Assembly: GCA_038087875.1 (NCBI GenBank)
Contig: JAXLNO010005841.1
Location: 3,844,001 to 3,908,000, forward strand
Direction of reading: 5' to 3'
DNA: 64,000 nucleotides
DNA from: Malacoraja senta
Taxonomy: Eukaryota
Part shown: positions 37,397 to 50,685 of the stretch, in pieces
How the letters are laid out: each line of letters begins with the position of its first letter
Numbering within the stretch: the stretch's first letter is position 1
Translations under genes and position numbers: made by a program
The notes under the pieces: model-generated
Database searches by the model: none
What the model was told of the DNA's origin: nothing
What the model saw: only the letters and a program-made list of their open reading frames with translations

Positions 37397-39389
37397 GTTC
37401 CATGAATTATTTTGTGTTAAGTGTTCAAAAGTTTAGTATTGTATTTAACTGAAAAATAAAGTCCATGGATTAATCTGAATTGAAAGTATCTTCATTTTAT
37501 CCTGTACATAGATATTTAACGGAAAATAATATATACTAAACGCGTTTTCGCTGGGTGCTCCGGTTTTCTCCCACATGACAAAGACTGCAGCCTCTTTAGG
37601 TTAATTAGCTTCTGAAAATTGTCCCCAGTGTGCTGGAGAGAACTGGTTTCCTGGTGATTTCTGGTCGGCACGGACGATGAGCCGATGGGCATGTTTCCAT
37701 GCTGTATCTCTCAACTAAACTGGACTAAATTAAATTAAACTAATCTAAGCTAAACTAAGCTAAGCTAAACTAAGTACATCTACGCTAATGTAAGCTGAAC
37801 TAAACTAAACTAAACTAAACTGAACCAAACTAAACTATATTAAGGAGGACATGCATTGCGGATTGGATTGAAATCCGATTTGAGAAAACAGCATGGAATG
37901 AGACTCTTCAGCCCACCGAATCCACGCCGTCGATCGATCACCCGTTCAAACGTTCAGTGATAACACGTCTTCACTCACTCCCCACACATTGGGAACGATT
38001 TACAAAGGCCAATTAACATTCAAAACAGCATGACTTTGGAATGTGGGAGGAAAGCGGAACACGTATAGGGTGCTGAGAATATAAAATGAGATACCAGAGA
38101 AAGCGGTTGAGGCAGGTAGTATAACAGAATTGAAGCGAAATTTGGACAGATACATGGATGGGAAAGGTTCAGAGGAATCTCGATCAACTTTTTCTTCAGT
38201 TACGTGCCTCACCTCATTTTTCAAGGCGCGGTCCAGTATTGGGCGCTCTATATCTTGGCGAGGGAAGCTCTCTGGAACATATTTGACTAATTCTATCCCG
38301 TCCAGGTCGTTCCTCGCATCAGAAACTCAATCACTAGTCGGGATAATGAAATGTTCCACTAATTCTAAATTGTTGCGTTGCTTTATCTGCAATCTCCTAT
38401 TTATCTTTTCCTATTATTCCTATTATTTCCCTTGTCAATGCGGAAGCGTATACACTCTCAGTGAAGCGATCATTTCCTCCTTGTTTAAACTTTATGCCCA
38501 TATAGGCTCACTGGACGAATCTCCAATTATATCCTATTTAATATCTCAGTGGGTTGGCCACTAATGGCAGAAAAAAGGAATACGAAACGAGCAATTTCTT
38601 TGATTGTAATTATACTGTAGTCCATCCAATAACTAGCGTATTTGAGAGAACACAGATTCGGGCATTTTGCGAAATGAGTTAAAACAATGAGGTTAATGTT
38701 TAAGAAACCAAGTATTTTAGAGGTTTGAATCAGGGAAAAGCATATGTGGGAGGGAATTTTGTACTTTACTCATACCCTATATCTGACTTTACTCAGATAG
38801 GCACAGCCACAAAATAAAACAGCTCATAGATTAGTGGTGAGTCCATAGCATAAGTCGGTTTCATAAAGGCCTTTGCGTCATACATGGGGAAACAGTGTGA
38901 GCATGCTCAAGCTGCCTCCAAATATTACAGTAACTGTAGGATGTTTACACACTCATGACACAATGGTTACTTGTGGAGTTGAAATAAACCATCATTAAAC
39001 AATGCCTCCCCAAAGTTAACGTTAATCTTGCATTTCCTTTTGTTTAGAAATCTCGCTCCCCTATATCTAACATGTAGATATCATAAATGTCCAGATGCTG
39101 CTCGCCAAATGGAGTCCCCTCGTAAATGGCGCCATTTGTTAACTTTTTGTGTGACTTGCCTTCTAAACACAGTGACCAAAAGCTGGTGTAATGCAAAATT
39201 AAAACAAATAAGAATCTAGGCAGAACTACTAAGGAATATCCTCCCCCTACTGATACCAAAGCCTGTTTCTCAGCAGAATGTTTCAGCTTTAGCTATTTTA
39301 ACTACCTTCTATCTTGGCCATATCCGCACCATGCTCCCAGTATGTGAGCTCCAGCGTCAATCAAACTATAACATACTAATTTTCCTTAT

Positions 39390-40151
39390 CATATACTTAT
39401 TACAAGTCTGACCTTGTTCGTGTGTATATGTGTGTGTAAATGTGTGTGTATGTGTGCGTGTATATGTGGTTGTCTTTACATCTTCTCAAAAACACTACGC
39501 GGTAACAATTACATTTTTACATATTCCGATTGACATTTTTCCCATCGAGGTCGGGATCACCTTATCTGAACATTTTTTGCTTTATTTCTCGACTTATTCT
39601 CGACTCATTATTGATTAAAATTCCTAAAAAGTCAAAACATTTTGAAATTAAAACTACCAGCTTCAACTGATGACATCACAATGGCTCCGCAAGCAGAGAT
39701 TAAAGATTTAATCCTGTATTTGACACGTTATTCGCGATTATAGCTTTAAAAATGCCAACTTTTGCAAGGTTTTTACATATTCTGATTCACATTTTCCCCT
39801 CGACGCAAAGATCACTTTCACTGAACATTTTATGCTTTATTTCTCGACATTGCTGATTAAAGTAAAACTAATCAAAATACCTTGAATTTCAACGACCAGC
39901 TTCGACGGATGACGTCACAAAGGCATATTCAACTGATGACGTCACGATGGATAGACTAGCAGGGGGGGCGAATTGCTATTGCAACACGCAGGGCAAGAGC
40001 AATTGGAATTGTTTTTAATGAGCACTGCTGAGGGAGGAAAGGGGTGCCGTTCGGGAACGGCTTGAGTTGGAGGACTACGCCTCCCGTGCGGGCTACGGTT
40101 GGGGAACCGGTGCATGGGGGAGCAGACCCAACGGTTCTGCACTTGGTCTAG
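39390..40151 (+). mobile_element. Helitron-like non-autonomous element with internal ~260-bp direct repeat
   Basis: 3' hairpin gcagacccaacggttctgc followed by acttggtCTAG|T; no TIR or TSD seen. Confidence 0.6.
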
Positions 40152-42627
40152 TAATAGTTAAAACTCCCGACAACACCATATGTCAGGCGTTAGAAATGTT
40201 AATGAACGAAACTCTTGACGTATACATGGGAATATTGGAGGGAACCGAACAATAAACTGGAATGGCAATGCGGGCTTCGACGTTACATTGACAGGTAGGG
40301 TTGAGGAGAATCACTCAGTTTTCTGTAGAAGTAAGAGTATACATAGAATGAATAGGTCGGAGAAACATAGATAATAGGTGCAGGAGGAGGCCATTTGGCC
40401 CTTGGAGCCAGAACAGCATCAGTCTATGAAAGTAAGCATGCAGGTACACCAGGCAGTGAAGAAAGCGAATGGCATGTTGGCCTTTATAACAAGAGGAATC
40501 GAATATAGTTGCAAAGAGGTCATTCTGCAGTTGTACAGAGCCCTAGTGAGACCACACCTGGAGTATTGTGTGCAGCTTTGGTCCCCTAATGTGAGGAAGG
40601 ACATTCTTGCCATTGAGGGAGTGCGGCGTAGGTTTACAAGGTTAATTCCCGGGATGGCGGTACTGTCATATGCTCAGAGGATGGAGCAGCTGGGCTTGTA
40701 CACTCTGGAGTTTAGAAGGATGAGAGGAGATCTCATTTAAACACATATGATTGTTAAGGGCTTGGACACAGGAGAGGCAGGAAACATGTTCCCGATGTTG
40801 GGGGAAGTTCAGAACCTGGGGCCATCTGTTTAAGAATAAGGAGTAAGCCATTTAGAACGGAGACGAGGAAACACTTTTTCCTCACAGAGAGTGGTGAGTC
40901 TATGGAATTCTCTGCCTCGGAGGGCGGTGGAGGCAGGTGCGCTGGATGCTTTCAAGAGAGATCTAGATAGGGCTCTTAAAAATGGCGGAGTCAGGGGATA
41001 TTGGTAGAAGGCAGGAAGGGGGTACAGATTGTGGATGATCAGCCTTGATCACATTGAATGGCGGTGCTGGCTCGAAGGGCCGAATGGCCTTCTCCTGCAA
41101 CTATTGTCTATTGTCTATTGTCCACCAATTCAGCTTCGTCCCCTCCGTATCGTGGGGCTTTAATCGACCCGTTCGCGGGTCCTGTCATCACCCGGCGCGG
41201 GTTAAAACCGGCCGCGGGCCTTCCATCCTCCGGCGGGGGCTTCAACATCGGGAAGCAGCAATTTTACCGCGAGGTGGTGGAAGATCCCGCGGCCGATTTT
41301 AAGCAGCGCCGCTCCGGGCGATGAAAGGCCCCGCGAACGGGCCGATACAAGCTCCGCTCTATGATCTGTGCTCTACCAGGACGTCTCCCTCCTCCAATCA
41401 CCGCGCTCCATCCTCAGTCCCACCCCCCTACTTCCGCATCTGACCGACACCTATCTCCTCCAATCACCGTACTCTATCCTCATTCCCACCCCCTACTTCC
41501 GCATCCGATCGACACCTCCGTCTTCCAATCATTGCGCTGAATCTTCATGTCCCGCCCCCCCATAGCCTGTAGTCCGACGTCTCTCTCGTCCAATCGCCGC
41601 ACTCGATCATCAGTCCCACTCCCACTGTCTCGCGGAAAGCGGAGATCTTTAATAGTTTTTTTTCACCGAATTTCGAAATCCGGATTACAAAACATGGAAG
41701 GGGGGGGGGGGTGGATTGTCCCCACCTCTCAAAACATGGAGGGGACGTGTGCCTCCGCCCCCCCCCGGGATTTCCGCCCATGCAGGGATGTGCAGACGCG
41801 AGAAGTTCACATGCGGAAACATCCCAGTAAGTAGGAGAATAAAGGCCAGCCATGCTTGTAGACATACCACCGATTGAGCTCAAACAAGTGGACGACCTCG
41901 GCCGGCCTCACATGACACTGGTTAGCATAATTGATACCACCTTCGCCCAGGGGAGAAGTGGAGCATTATGTGATCGCTACCCTCCAAGTGAGTTACTTGT
42001 GAACATTCAGAATTATGGGGGTAGTTAGCAGAAACGATTGAAATTCACCAACTCTACCCCGAAGACCGACGTGTGTTGGTTAAAGCTAAAATCCCAAGGG
42101 ATATGAGTGTCAATATGGCCCAGCGGAAATTCGGGATAATCTCTTGACGACTAGCGAGGATCCTGGCAATGAGGACAGATACCTTTGTATAAAGGAGTTA
42201 GTGTGACAGCGCCCAGGGCGGTGACGGGTAGTGGGAGGGGGATGGGCAGGTAATTGCCCGGAGTTGGGAACTGCTCGTCTCCTTGTCACCGCGTGGGTTT
42301 CCATGTTTGCTCCTGGGGGAAATTGTCGGTAATGTGAAGGAAATAGGCGTAAACGTGAGATAACATATAACTAGCGTGAAAGAACAATTGATGGTCCATT
42401 GAACCTCGGTGGGCTAAAGGGCCTGCTTCCCCGCTGTAGCCATAAACTAAACGGAACAAACTGAACTGANNNNNNNNNNNNNNNNNNNNNNNNNNNNNNN
42501 NNNNNNNNNNNNNNNNNNNNNNNNNNNNNNNNNNNNNNNNNNNNNNNNNNNNNNNNNNNNNNNNNNNNNNNNNNNNNNNNNNNNNNNNNNNNNNNNNNNN
42601 CTAAACTAAATTCATCCCTTCCCGCAG

Positions 42628-43432
42628 TACTCTCTCACGATTCTCCTCGCTTCATATTCTCCAAGCAGGTAACATTATAAATGACCATCTGCACCAGGGA
42701 CACAGTCTGATCGTTCACTGAATTTGCAAGGCGATTCATACAGAAGATTGTATTTGCACTTCTCGTGTGGTTTCCAAATGGTTGTGGTTTATGTCGTCTA
42801 ACTCGAAAGTATCAACTGAAGAGAAATGTCTTAGGTTTAATAGGTTTTCAATCATTCCGGCAACTGTTTCAAATATGGACCCGGAAACACCTTCTACGAG
42901 TTAAAGGAACTGCAGATGCTGGAAAATCGAAGGTACACAAAAATGCCGGAGAAACTCAGCGGGTGCATCAGCATCTATGGAGCGAAGGAAATAGGCAATG
43001 TTTCGGGCCGAAACCCTTCTTCAAACACCTTCTAAGAGGACGTCCAATTGCCGCCTATCTGACGCGGCTAGTAGTCGTCCCACATCCGTTTCCCTTCAAC
43101 TGGCTATGCTGGTACAGAAGCCGATCGATCCGGCTCATTTCGACATTTCAAAATCAACATCGGTTCTGAGGAGAAAAGAGTCCAACGAGTCCAGTGTCAG
43201 GTTTTAACGCTGCTTTATCTGAAATTTACAGGTGCGACGGTTTTCGAACCGAAGTAACCAAACCTGCAGAATCATTACCGATCCTACTGAAAATAACTTC
43301 AGAGCAAGGCTACAGAACAAAACTGCAGAAGCAAACGAACAAACATACAGAAAGAAGACCGAAGACCACTCTATTTACAGTATCATCAGGCGAATCGTAG
43401 GCCAGTTCTTTTCCCGGACCCGTGGTTTCTAA
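42628..43432 (+). other. Two candidate orphan exons (42628-42668, 43232-43432) encoding a hydrophilic tail with an ITIM-like SIYSII
   Basis: cccttcccgcag/gtaaca and aaatttacag boundaries join in frame; TAA overlaps AATAAA (43431-43436); alternatively 5'UTR exons, since a gtaagt donor lies at 43496. Confidence 0.35.
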
Positions 43433-46257
43433 TAAACTGCGCTCCAGCAATTACCTGCAGACTCCGTGCAAGCTGCCACACCGACAGCTTTGAACGTAAG
43501 TAAGACTTTAGCTTCTCTCCAGTTGATCGAATTTGCTCTCTATTCATATGACAAAGAATGGGGGGGGGGTGTTGTGATCTGGTTGTGTGAGCCCGGTTGT
43601 GTGAGAACGCGAAAGAGTGCGTGGGTGATGGGGGGGGGGGGTTACATTTGATTAGTTACATACGCTGCTGTTGTGTGGATCTGTGTGTATGCGCGTACGC
43701 CTTCGAGCTGTGTGTTTATGGAAGGAGTGCATGTGTTTTATGTGCGGGTGCGTGCACGCAGCACGTGTACGACAGGGCCTGTGTGCGTTTATTGAACGAG
43801 TGTGTGTTATGTATATGCTGTGTTTTGTGTGTTCTTACATACAGTATGTGCCATGTGCACATGATGTGGGGACTGTATGTATATGCAAGCTGTGTGAGAC
43901 TGGGTATTCAGTGCATCTGGTGAGCACGGGGTGGGTTGCATGTGCATGCCTGGGGGGGTTTGATTGTGTGTGTTTGTGTTTGTGTGTACGTGTGTATGTG
44001 TGTATGTGTTCAATGATCAGATGATTCAATTATACATTATTGTTCACAAGTGCCTAGGTAGAGCGAAATGCTTTGTTTTGCACAATACCTGGTAAAAACA
44101 TACAGCAGACTTCACCTCGGCAGTCCACAAATGTCGCCACGTTTCTGGCCCTGACGAAGTTACAGAAATTTATCTTCTGCTTGCCGCGGCACGTGGTAGC
44201 AGGCTGAGTCCCTTCCCCCACACCCTTCCCCGCCGGCTCCCCCCTTCAATCTCGGCGCAGCCCCCACCCCTTCGGTCTCGGCGGCAGNNNNNNNNNNNNN
44301 NNNNNNNNNNNNNNNNNNNNNNNNNNNNNNNNNNNNNNNNNNNNNNNNNNNNNNNNNNNNNNNNNNNNNNNNNNNNNNNNNNNNNNNNNNNNNNNNNNNN
44401 NNNNNNNNNNNNNNNNNNNNNNNNNTTAGGTGTGTGTGGGTCTATAAGTGTGTGTGTGTTTGTTTGTGGATTTGTGCTTGTAAGTGTGCGTGTGTTTTCG
44501 AGGTAAATGTTGTGTATGTGTGTGTGTTGGTGCAAGTCTGTATGTATGCTCTGCATTCTTGCCTCCTTGCCAAAATAAAATGTCCACTTGATTTCTCTGA
44601 AATCCATTGTGAAATGTAAACTTTTCGCTCCCATTTTTTGTGAAGTTTAGTAACCTCCGAATGTCAATCTACAAGTACGTGTCATTGTAAAGTCTGCTTT
44701 CGACTTTGTTTCTGGTACAAGTGTTGCAACGTGGCCTCACGCAGTTGTTGCAATACCGTTTTCCAGCCAAATAATTTGGCTACAAATCCCGCAGCAGAAC
44801 TCAAAGGCAAAATCATCACTGCTGAATGTCCCAGGATCATGTGGACGGTGAAGTTCCTGAAGGGAGGGGTAACTAAGGGTTCTGGCCCTGGTCGATTGAG
44901 CCAATTAGTTGGGGATGAGCGTGTTGACAGCCAATAACGCAATTAAATAAAATAAAATAAAATTTTCTTTTGAGCCAAGATCATTGTTTTTTTTTGTCTG
45001 ATTCGGGTATTTTCCTGAACTCACAGACCCAGAACGATGGTTAAAATCGTCGAGTTTTACATGACAAGAACAGACCATTCTGTCCCTCTGGTTCGTGCTG
45101 AACAGGTTACCTAACTGAGCTTGAAGATAGACACAAAGGCTGTAGTAACTGAGCGAGTAAGGCAGCATCTTTGGTGACGTTTCGTGTCGAGACTCTTCTT
45201 CAGGCTGAGAGTAAGGGGAAAGAGAAACGCGACATATACAGTAGCAAGTGATATAGAGAGATAGAAAGCATATGAATGAAACATTTGCAAAATGTGACGA
45301 AGATCAAGGAAATGTGAAGCCCACTGTGGTCCATTGATATTATCTGAAGAAAGTGCAGATTCCAATAGAATCATTGACACATACATCTAGTCCAAACTTA
45401 AAAAGAGAGTGGCGGCGTCTCGAACGCGCTGCCAATGGCAGTAGTGGAAGAGATCGATAGTGGTATTAGGCACTCGGACATGCAGGATATGGAAGATTGT
45501 GCCTCGTGTAGCCGGGGTGAGATTATTTGAACTCAGCATCGCGTTCGGTACAAACATTATAGGTCAAAAAGATTGTTCACGTGCAGTTCTATTTTCTATG
45601 CTCTTCTATTTCCCGATCTCAGAACCTTATCTTCCATGCATCTTTCCTCTTCATATAACTATACGGTGGCACGGTGGCGCAGCGGTGGATTTGCTGCTTT
45701 ACCCGGGTTCGATCCCGACTATACGGAATATGCACTTTCTCGAAGTTAACTGCGTGGACTTTCTCCGGGATCTCCTGCGGTCTGTTGGTTTAGCGATTAT
45801 GTATGAATATTTGTCGTTCGGATTTCTGTGGCGCAAAACCACTAAGCGAGAATATATCTCTAAATAATTAGTTTAGGTTAATTTATAGATACAGCGCGGA
45901 AACATGCCCTTCGGCCTGCGGAGTCCGCGCCGACCAACGATTCATGCACACGAACATCATCCTACACACACTAGATACAATTTAAAATGTTATCGATGCA
46001 AAATAACCAACAAATCACTACGTCTTTGAGTGTGGGAGGAAAGCGCTGCTCCAGCCGTAAACCCATGCAGGTTATGTGGAGAACGTACAAACTCCGGACA
46101 GACAGTACCGGGAGGCAGGATGGAACCCAGGTCTCTGACACTCTAAGGCAGCAACTCTATACGCTGTTCCACCGTGACGCCTATAGTAATATTATTTGAT
46201 TTTTCTTTTTTCAGATCCGATAACCGTAAACAGACGATATATTTCAAGAAAACACAA

Positions 46258-46297
46258 ATGATCTGGCAATATTGCTTCCCTCTGTTACTTCTCCAAG
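46258..46297 (+). CDS. Siglec/MAG-like gene, leader exon (MIWQYCFPLLLLQ)
   Basis: Hydrophobic 40-nt phase-1 coding segment with gtaaaa donor; acceptor ttttttcag at 46214 implies an upstream UTR exon. Confidence 0.75.
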
Positions 46298-46899
46298 GTA
46301 AAATCGGCAACGTTTCGCATGGATTGCTTACATCCCTGGCAAATTATAAAAGTGATACGATGGGCTAATGTCAACATGGACGCAGTGTGGTAACGCACAC
46401 GAGTCGTCCATCACCGTTGAGGCCACGGAGTCAATTAGTTCAACATCTCAATTGTCGGAATCATCGTCTTCTCATCCATCCTTCGCCAACCGCAGTTGCA
46501 CTGGACACGTTTTGTGTACAGAGAAGGGCGGGTGCCTGGAATGCACAGCTGGAGTAGTGTGGAGGGAGATACGATAGTTGCAATTAAAATTATTTTTGAA
46601 TAGGTCCACAGGTATATGCAGCGAATGGTGTGATATGATTTATGAGTAGGGCGAGGAGATTGATGTGGCATCAGGTTCGGCATCGTTGGGGCAGCGATCT
46701 CGGATATTTGCAGGGGAGAATGTTGTGGATAAGAAACAATCTTCTGGATTTCCCAGCGGATCAGGCAACCATTGTGCAGAGAAATGACCAAACGACGTTC
46801 CGGGTCGAGGCCCTTCACGCGTCGAGTGAGTGGAAGGGAGATAAGAAGTATAAGATGTAGGCGAGATATGATTGATTGATTGATTGATTCATAGATTCA

Positions 46900-48030
46900 T
46901 TGTTGATGAGGGAGGAGTTGGCCAAAGTTGACTGGAAAGATACTGTAGCAGGGATGACAGTGGAACAACAATGGAGGTATTTCGAGGAATAATACAGAAG
47001 GTGCAGGATCAGTTCATTCCAAAGAGGAAGAAAGATTCCAAGGGGAGTAAGGGGCGACCGTGGCTGACAAGGGACGTCAGGGACAGTACAAATATATAAG
47101 AGAAGAAGTACAATGTAGCAAAGATGAGCGGGAAGCAAGAGGATTGGGTAATGTTTTAAGAGCAACAGAAGATAACTGAAAAGACAATACGGGAGAAAAG
47201 ATGAGGTACGTAGGTAAGCTAGCCAAGAATATAAAGGAGGATAGTAAAAGCTTCTTTAGGTATCTTCTTTAGGTATGTGAAAAGGAAAAACATAGTTAAG
47301 ACCAAAGTTGGACGATTGAAGACTGAAAAGGGTGAATTTATTATGGGGCATAAGGAAATGGCAGATTAGTCGAACAGGTACTTTGGATCCCTCTTCACTA
47401 AGGAGGACACAAACAATCTTCCTGAAGTACTAGTGTCCAGAGGATCGGGGGTGATAGAGGATCTGAAGGACATCCACATTAGGCTGGAAATGGTGTTGAG
47501 TGGACTGATGGGACTGAAGGCTGATAAATCCCCAGGGCCTGATGGTCTGCATCCCAGGGTACTTAAGGATGTGACTCCATAAATCGTGGATGCATTGGTG
47601 ATAATTTTCCAATGTTCTAAAGATTCAGGATCCGTTCCTGTGGATTGGGATGGTAGAAAACAGGGAATTATAGACCAGTTCGCCTGACATCGGTGGTGGG
47701 GAAGATGCTGCAGTCAATTATTAAAGATGAAATAGCGGCACATTTGGATAGCAGTAACAGGCTCGGTATGAGTCAGCATGGATTTACGAATGGGAAATCA
47801 TGCTTGACTAATCTTCTGGAATTTTTTGAGGATGTGACTAGGGAAATGGACAAGGGAGAGCCAGTGGATGAGGTGTACCTGGACTTTCAGAAAGCATTTG
47901 ATACGGTCCTATATAGGGGATTAGTGAGCAGAATTAGGGCACATTTTATTGGGGTAGAGTGCTGACATGCATAGACAATTGGTTGGCTGTCAGGAAACAA
48001 AGTACAGGGATTATCGGGTCTCTGCTTTGT
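46900..48030 (+). mobile_element. CR1 LINE ORF2 fragment in intron 1
   Basis: KSPGPDGLHP relic and QHGFTNGKSCLTNLLEFFEDVT...VYLDFQKAFD. Confidence 0.9.
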
Positions 48031-49760
48031 AGGCAGTGACTAGTGTGGTACTACTCCAGAATCTAAGGAGTTTTGAAAAATTATCAAATGCATCCACTAT
48101 TTCTGGGGCGACTTCCGTAAGTACTCTGGGATGCAGCCTATCTGGCCCTGGGGATTTATCGGAATTTAATCCATTCAATTTACCTAACACCACTTCCCGG
48201 CTAACCTGGATTTCACTCAGTTCCTCTATCTCATTTGGCCCGCGGTCCCCTGCTATTTCTGGCAGATTATTTATGTCTTCCTCAGTGAAGACAGAACCAA
48301 AGCAGTTCTTAAATTGGTCTGCCATGTCCTTGTTCCCCATGATCAATTCACCTGTTTCTGACTGCAAGCGATCTACATTTGTTTTAACTAATCCTTTTCT
48401 CTTCACATATCTATAAAAACCTTTGCAGTCAATTTTTATGTTCCCTGCCAGTTTTCTTTCATAATCCATTTTCCCTTTCCTAATTAAGCCCTTTGTCCTC
48501 CTCTGCTGGACTCTGAATTTCTCCCAGTCCTCTGGTAGGCTGCTTTTTCGGGCTAATTTGTACGCTTCATCTTTTGTTTTGATACCATCCCTGATTTCCC
48601 TTGTTATCCACGGATGCACTACCTTCCCTGATTTATTCTTTTGTCAAACTGGGATGAACAATTGTTGTAGTTCATCCATGCAATCTTTAAATGCCTTCCA
48701 TTGCATATCCACCGTCAACCCTCTAAGAATCAATTGCCAGTCTATCTTGGCCAATTCACGTCTCATACCCTCAAAGTTACCTTTGTTTAAGTTCAGAACC
48801 CTTGTTTCAGAATTAGCAATGTCACTCTCCATCCTAATTAAGAACTCAACAATATTATGGTCACTCTTGCCCAAGGAGCCACGCACAACAAGACTGCTAA
48901 CTAACCCTTCCTCATTTCACAATACCCAGTCTAGAATAGCCTGCTCTCTCGTTGGTTCCTCTGCATGTTGGTATAGAAAACTATCCCGCATACATTCCAA
49001 GAAATCCTCTTCCTCAGCACCCCTGCCAATTTGATTCACCCTATCTATATGTAGATTGAAGTCACCCATTATAACTGTTTTACCTTTGTTGCACGCATTT
49101 CTAATTTCCTGTTTGATGACATCCCCAACTCCTGTTAGGTGGCCTGTACACAACACCCACTAGCGTTTTCTGCCCCTTAGTGTTTCGCAGCTCTACCAAT
49201 ATCGATTCCACATCCCCCAAGCTAATGTCTTTCCTTTCCATTGCGTTAATCTCCTCTCTAACCAGCAACGCTACCCCACCTCCTTTTCCTTTCTGTCTAT
49301 CCCTCCTGAATATTGAATATCCCTGGATGTTCAGCTCCCAGCCTTGGTCACCCTGGAGCCATGTCTCCGTGATCCCAACTATATCATACTCATTAATAGC
49401 TATCTGCACATTCAACTCATCCACCTTATTACGAATGCTCCTTGTATTGAGACACAAAGCCTCCAGGCTTGTTTTTACAACGCTCTTACCCCTTATACAA
49501 TTACGTTGAAAAGTAGCCCTTTTTGATTTTTGCCCTGGATTTGTCTGCCTGCACTTTTACTTTTCACCTTGCTACCTATTGCTTCTACCCTCATTTTACA
49601 CCCCTCTGTTTCTCTGCTCACACATTTACGAAACCCACCAACTCTTATTCTCTGTTTATTATTTTGTTCTTCTTTCACCCCTACATGTTGGGTCTGAGTG
49701 CTTCCCTTCTCTGCCTCGTGCCTCACACACTGTCTACTAGCTTTCTCTATTTGAGTCCCT
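48031..49760 (-). mobile_element. CR1 LINE 5' ORF2 (APE endonuclease) fragment, opposite orientation
   Basis: CLNTRSIRNKVDEL...GITETWL, IMGDFNLH, SDHN, DKSPGPDRLHPRVL. Confidence 0.92.
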
Positions 49761-50328
49761 CCCCCCAACCGTTCTAGTTTAAACTCTCCCCAGTAGCCTT
49801 TGCAAATCTCCCCACCAGAATAATAGTTTATGCGACGTTGTATAGTCCCTGCGTAGCCTACTTCCTCTGTCGTTTCGGACACCCACCACGCCAAAGAAGT
49901 ATTGGTTAATTGCCTTCTGTAAAATTGGAAATTGTCCCTACTGTGTAGGATACTGTTAGTGTGCGGGAATCGTTGGTCGGAGCGGATAGAGACGGCCTAA
50001 GGGCCTTTTTCCGCTCTGTATCTAAACTAAACTAAACTAAACGAAACATTTTTGGGGGAAAAGGCACCCCTAGGATTCATATTAAATGTTCCCCCTTCAC
50101 CTTCAACCTATGAAAGTAGAAATGTGATTTACTGATTTTTTTTAAAAATTAAGCCATGTTGTAGCTATGTAATTGTATAAAATGTGCAGCAGGTCAGAAT
50201 TTTATTTTTTCTGTTGGCGGTAGCAATGACTTACCTGGAATCATTCCAGTAGATTGCCTTTTGCTGTTTTAGTGGTTCCTGCCGCACCATTTAACACTGT
50301 CGTCAACTTATCTGCTCCACCATTGCAG

Positions 50329-50685
50329 GCGTCCAGCCGGGAGAGTGGACCATGCAGGCGCTGCCCCACCGTGCCATCAGGAAGTCTTGCGTGGTGATAC
50401 CCTGTACGTTCGACTTCCCTTCGCGTCCTTACGCCGCCATCCACGGAGCGTGGTTCAAGTACTGGGACCACTGGAAGTACACGGTGTCTTACTCCAGAGA
50501 TCCCAACTACGGGATGGCCGGATTCAAGGGGCGGGCTGAAATCGTTGGTAACCTGGAAGAGAAAGACTGCTCGCTGAGGATCAATCACCTCAGATCCGAA
50601 GACTCTGATGTGTATTACTTCTACGTGGAACTGGACGGCTTTGATACTTACACCTACAAACCCCCCGTCCATCTGCACGTTCTGG
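50329..50685 (+). CDS. Siglec/MAG-like gene, V-set Ig exon
   Basis: cattgcag/gtgag; GEWT...SCVVIPCTFDFP...WFK...DCSLRINHLRSEDSDVYYFYVE...TYTY; Siglec-type cysteine pattern. Confidence 0.93.

Noticed and set aside
37715-37840. Regular short repeat array
   Set aside because: (CTAAA)n SINE tail, not a CRISPR or telomeric array
38130-38564. 144-aa plus-strand ORF
   Set aside because: Antisense to a CR1 ORF2 relic (DLDGIELVKYVPESF...PILDRALKNE)
39044-39259. ORF with EQHLDIY resembling a hydrolase motif
   Set aside because: No supporting exons or convincing splice context
45660-45800. tRNA-like A/B-box sequence (also other SINE heads)
   Set aside because: Head of a tRNA-derived SINE continuing into SINE body; no complete cloverleaf
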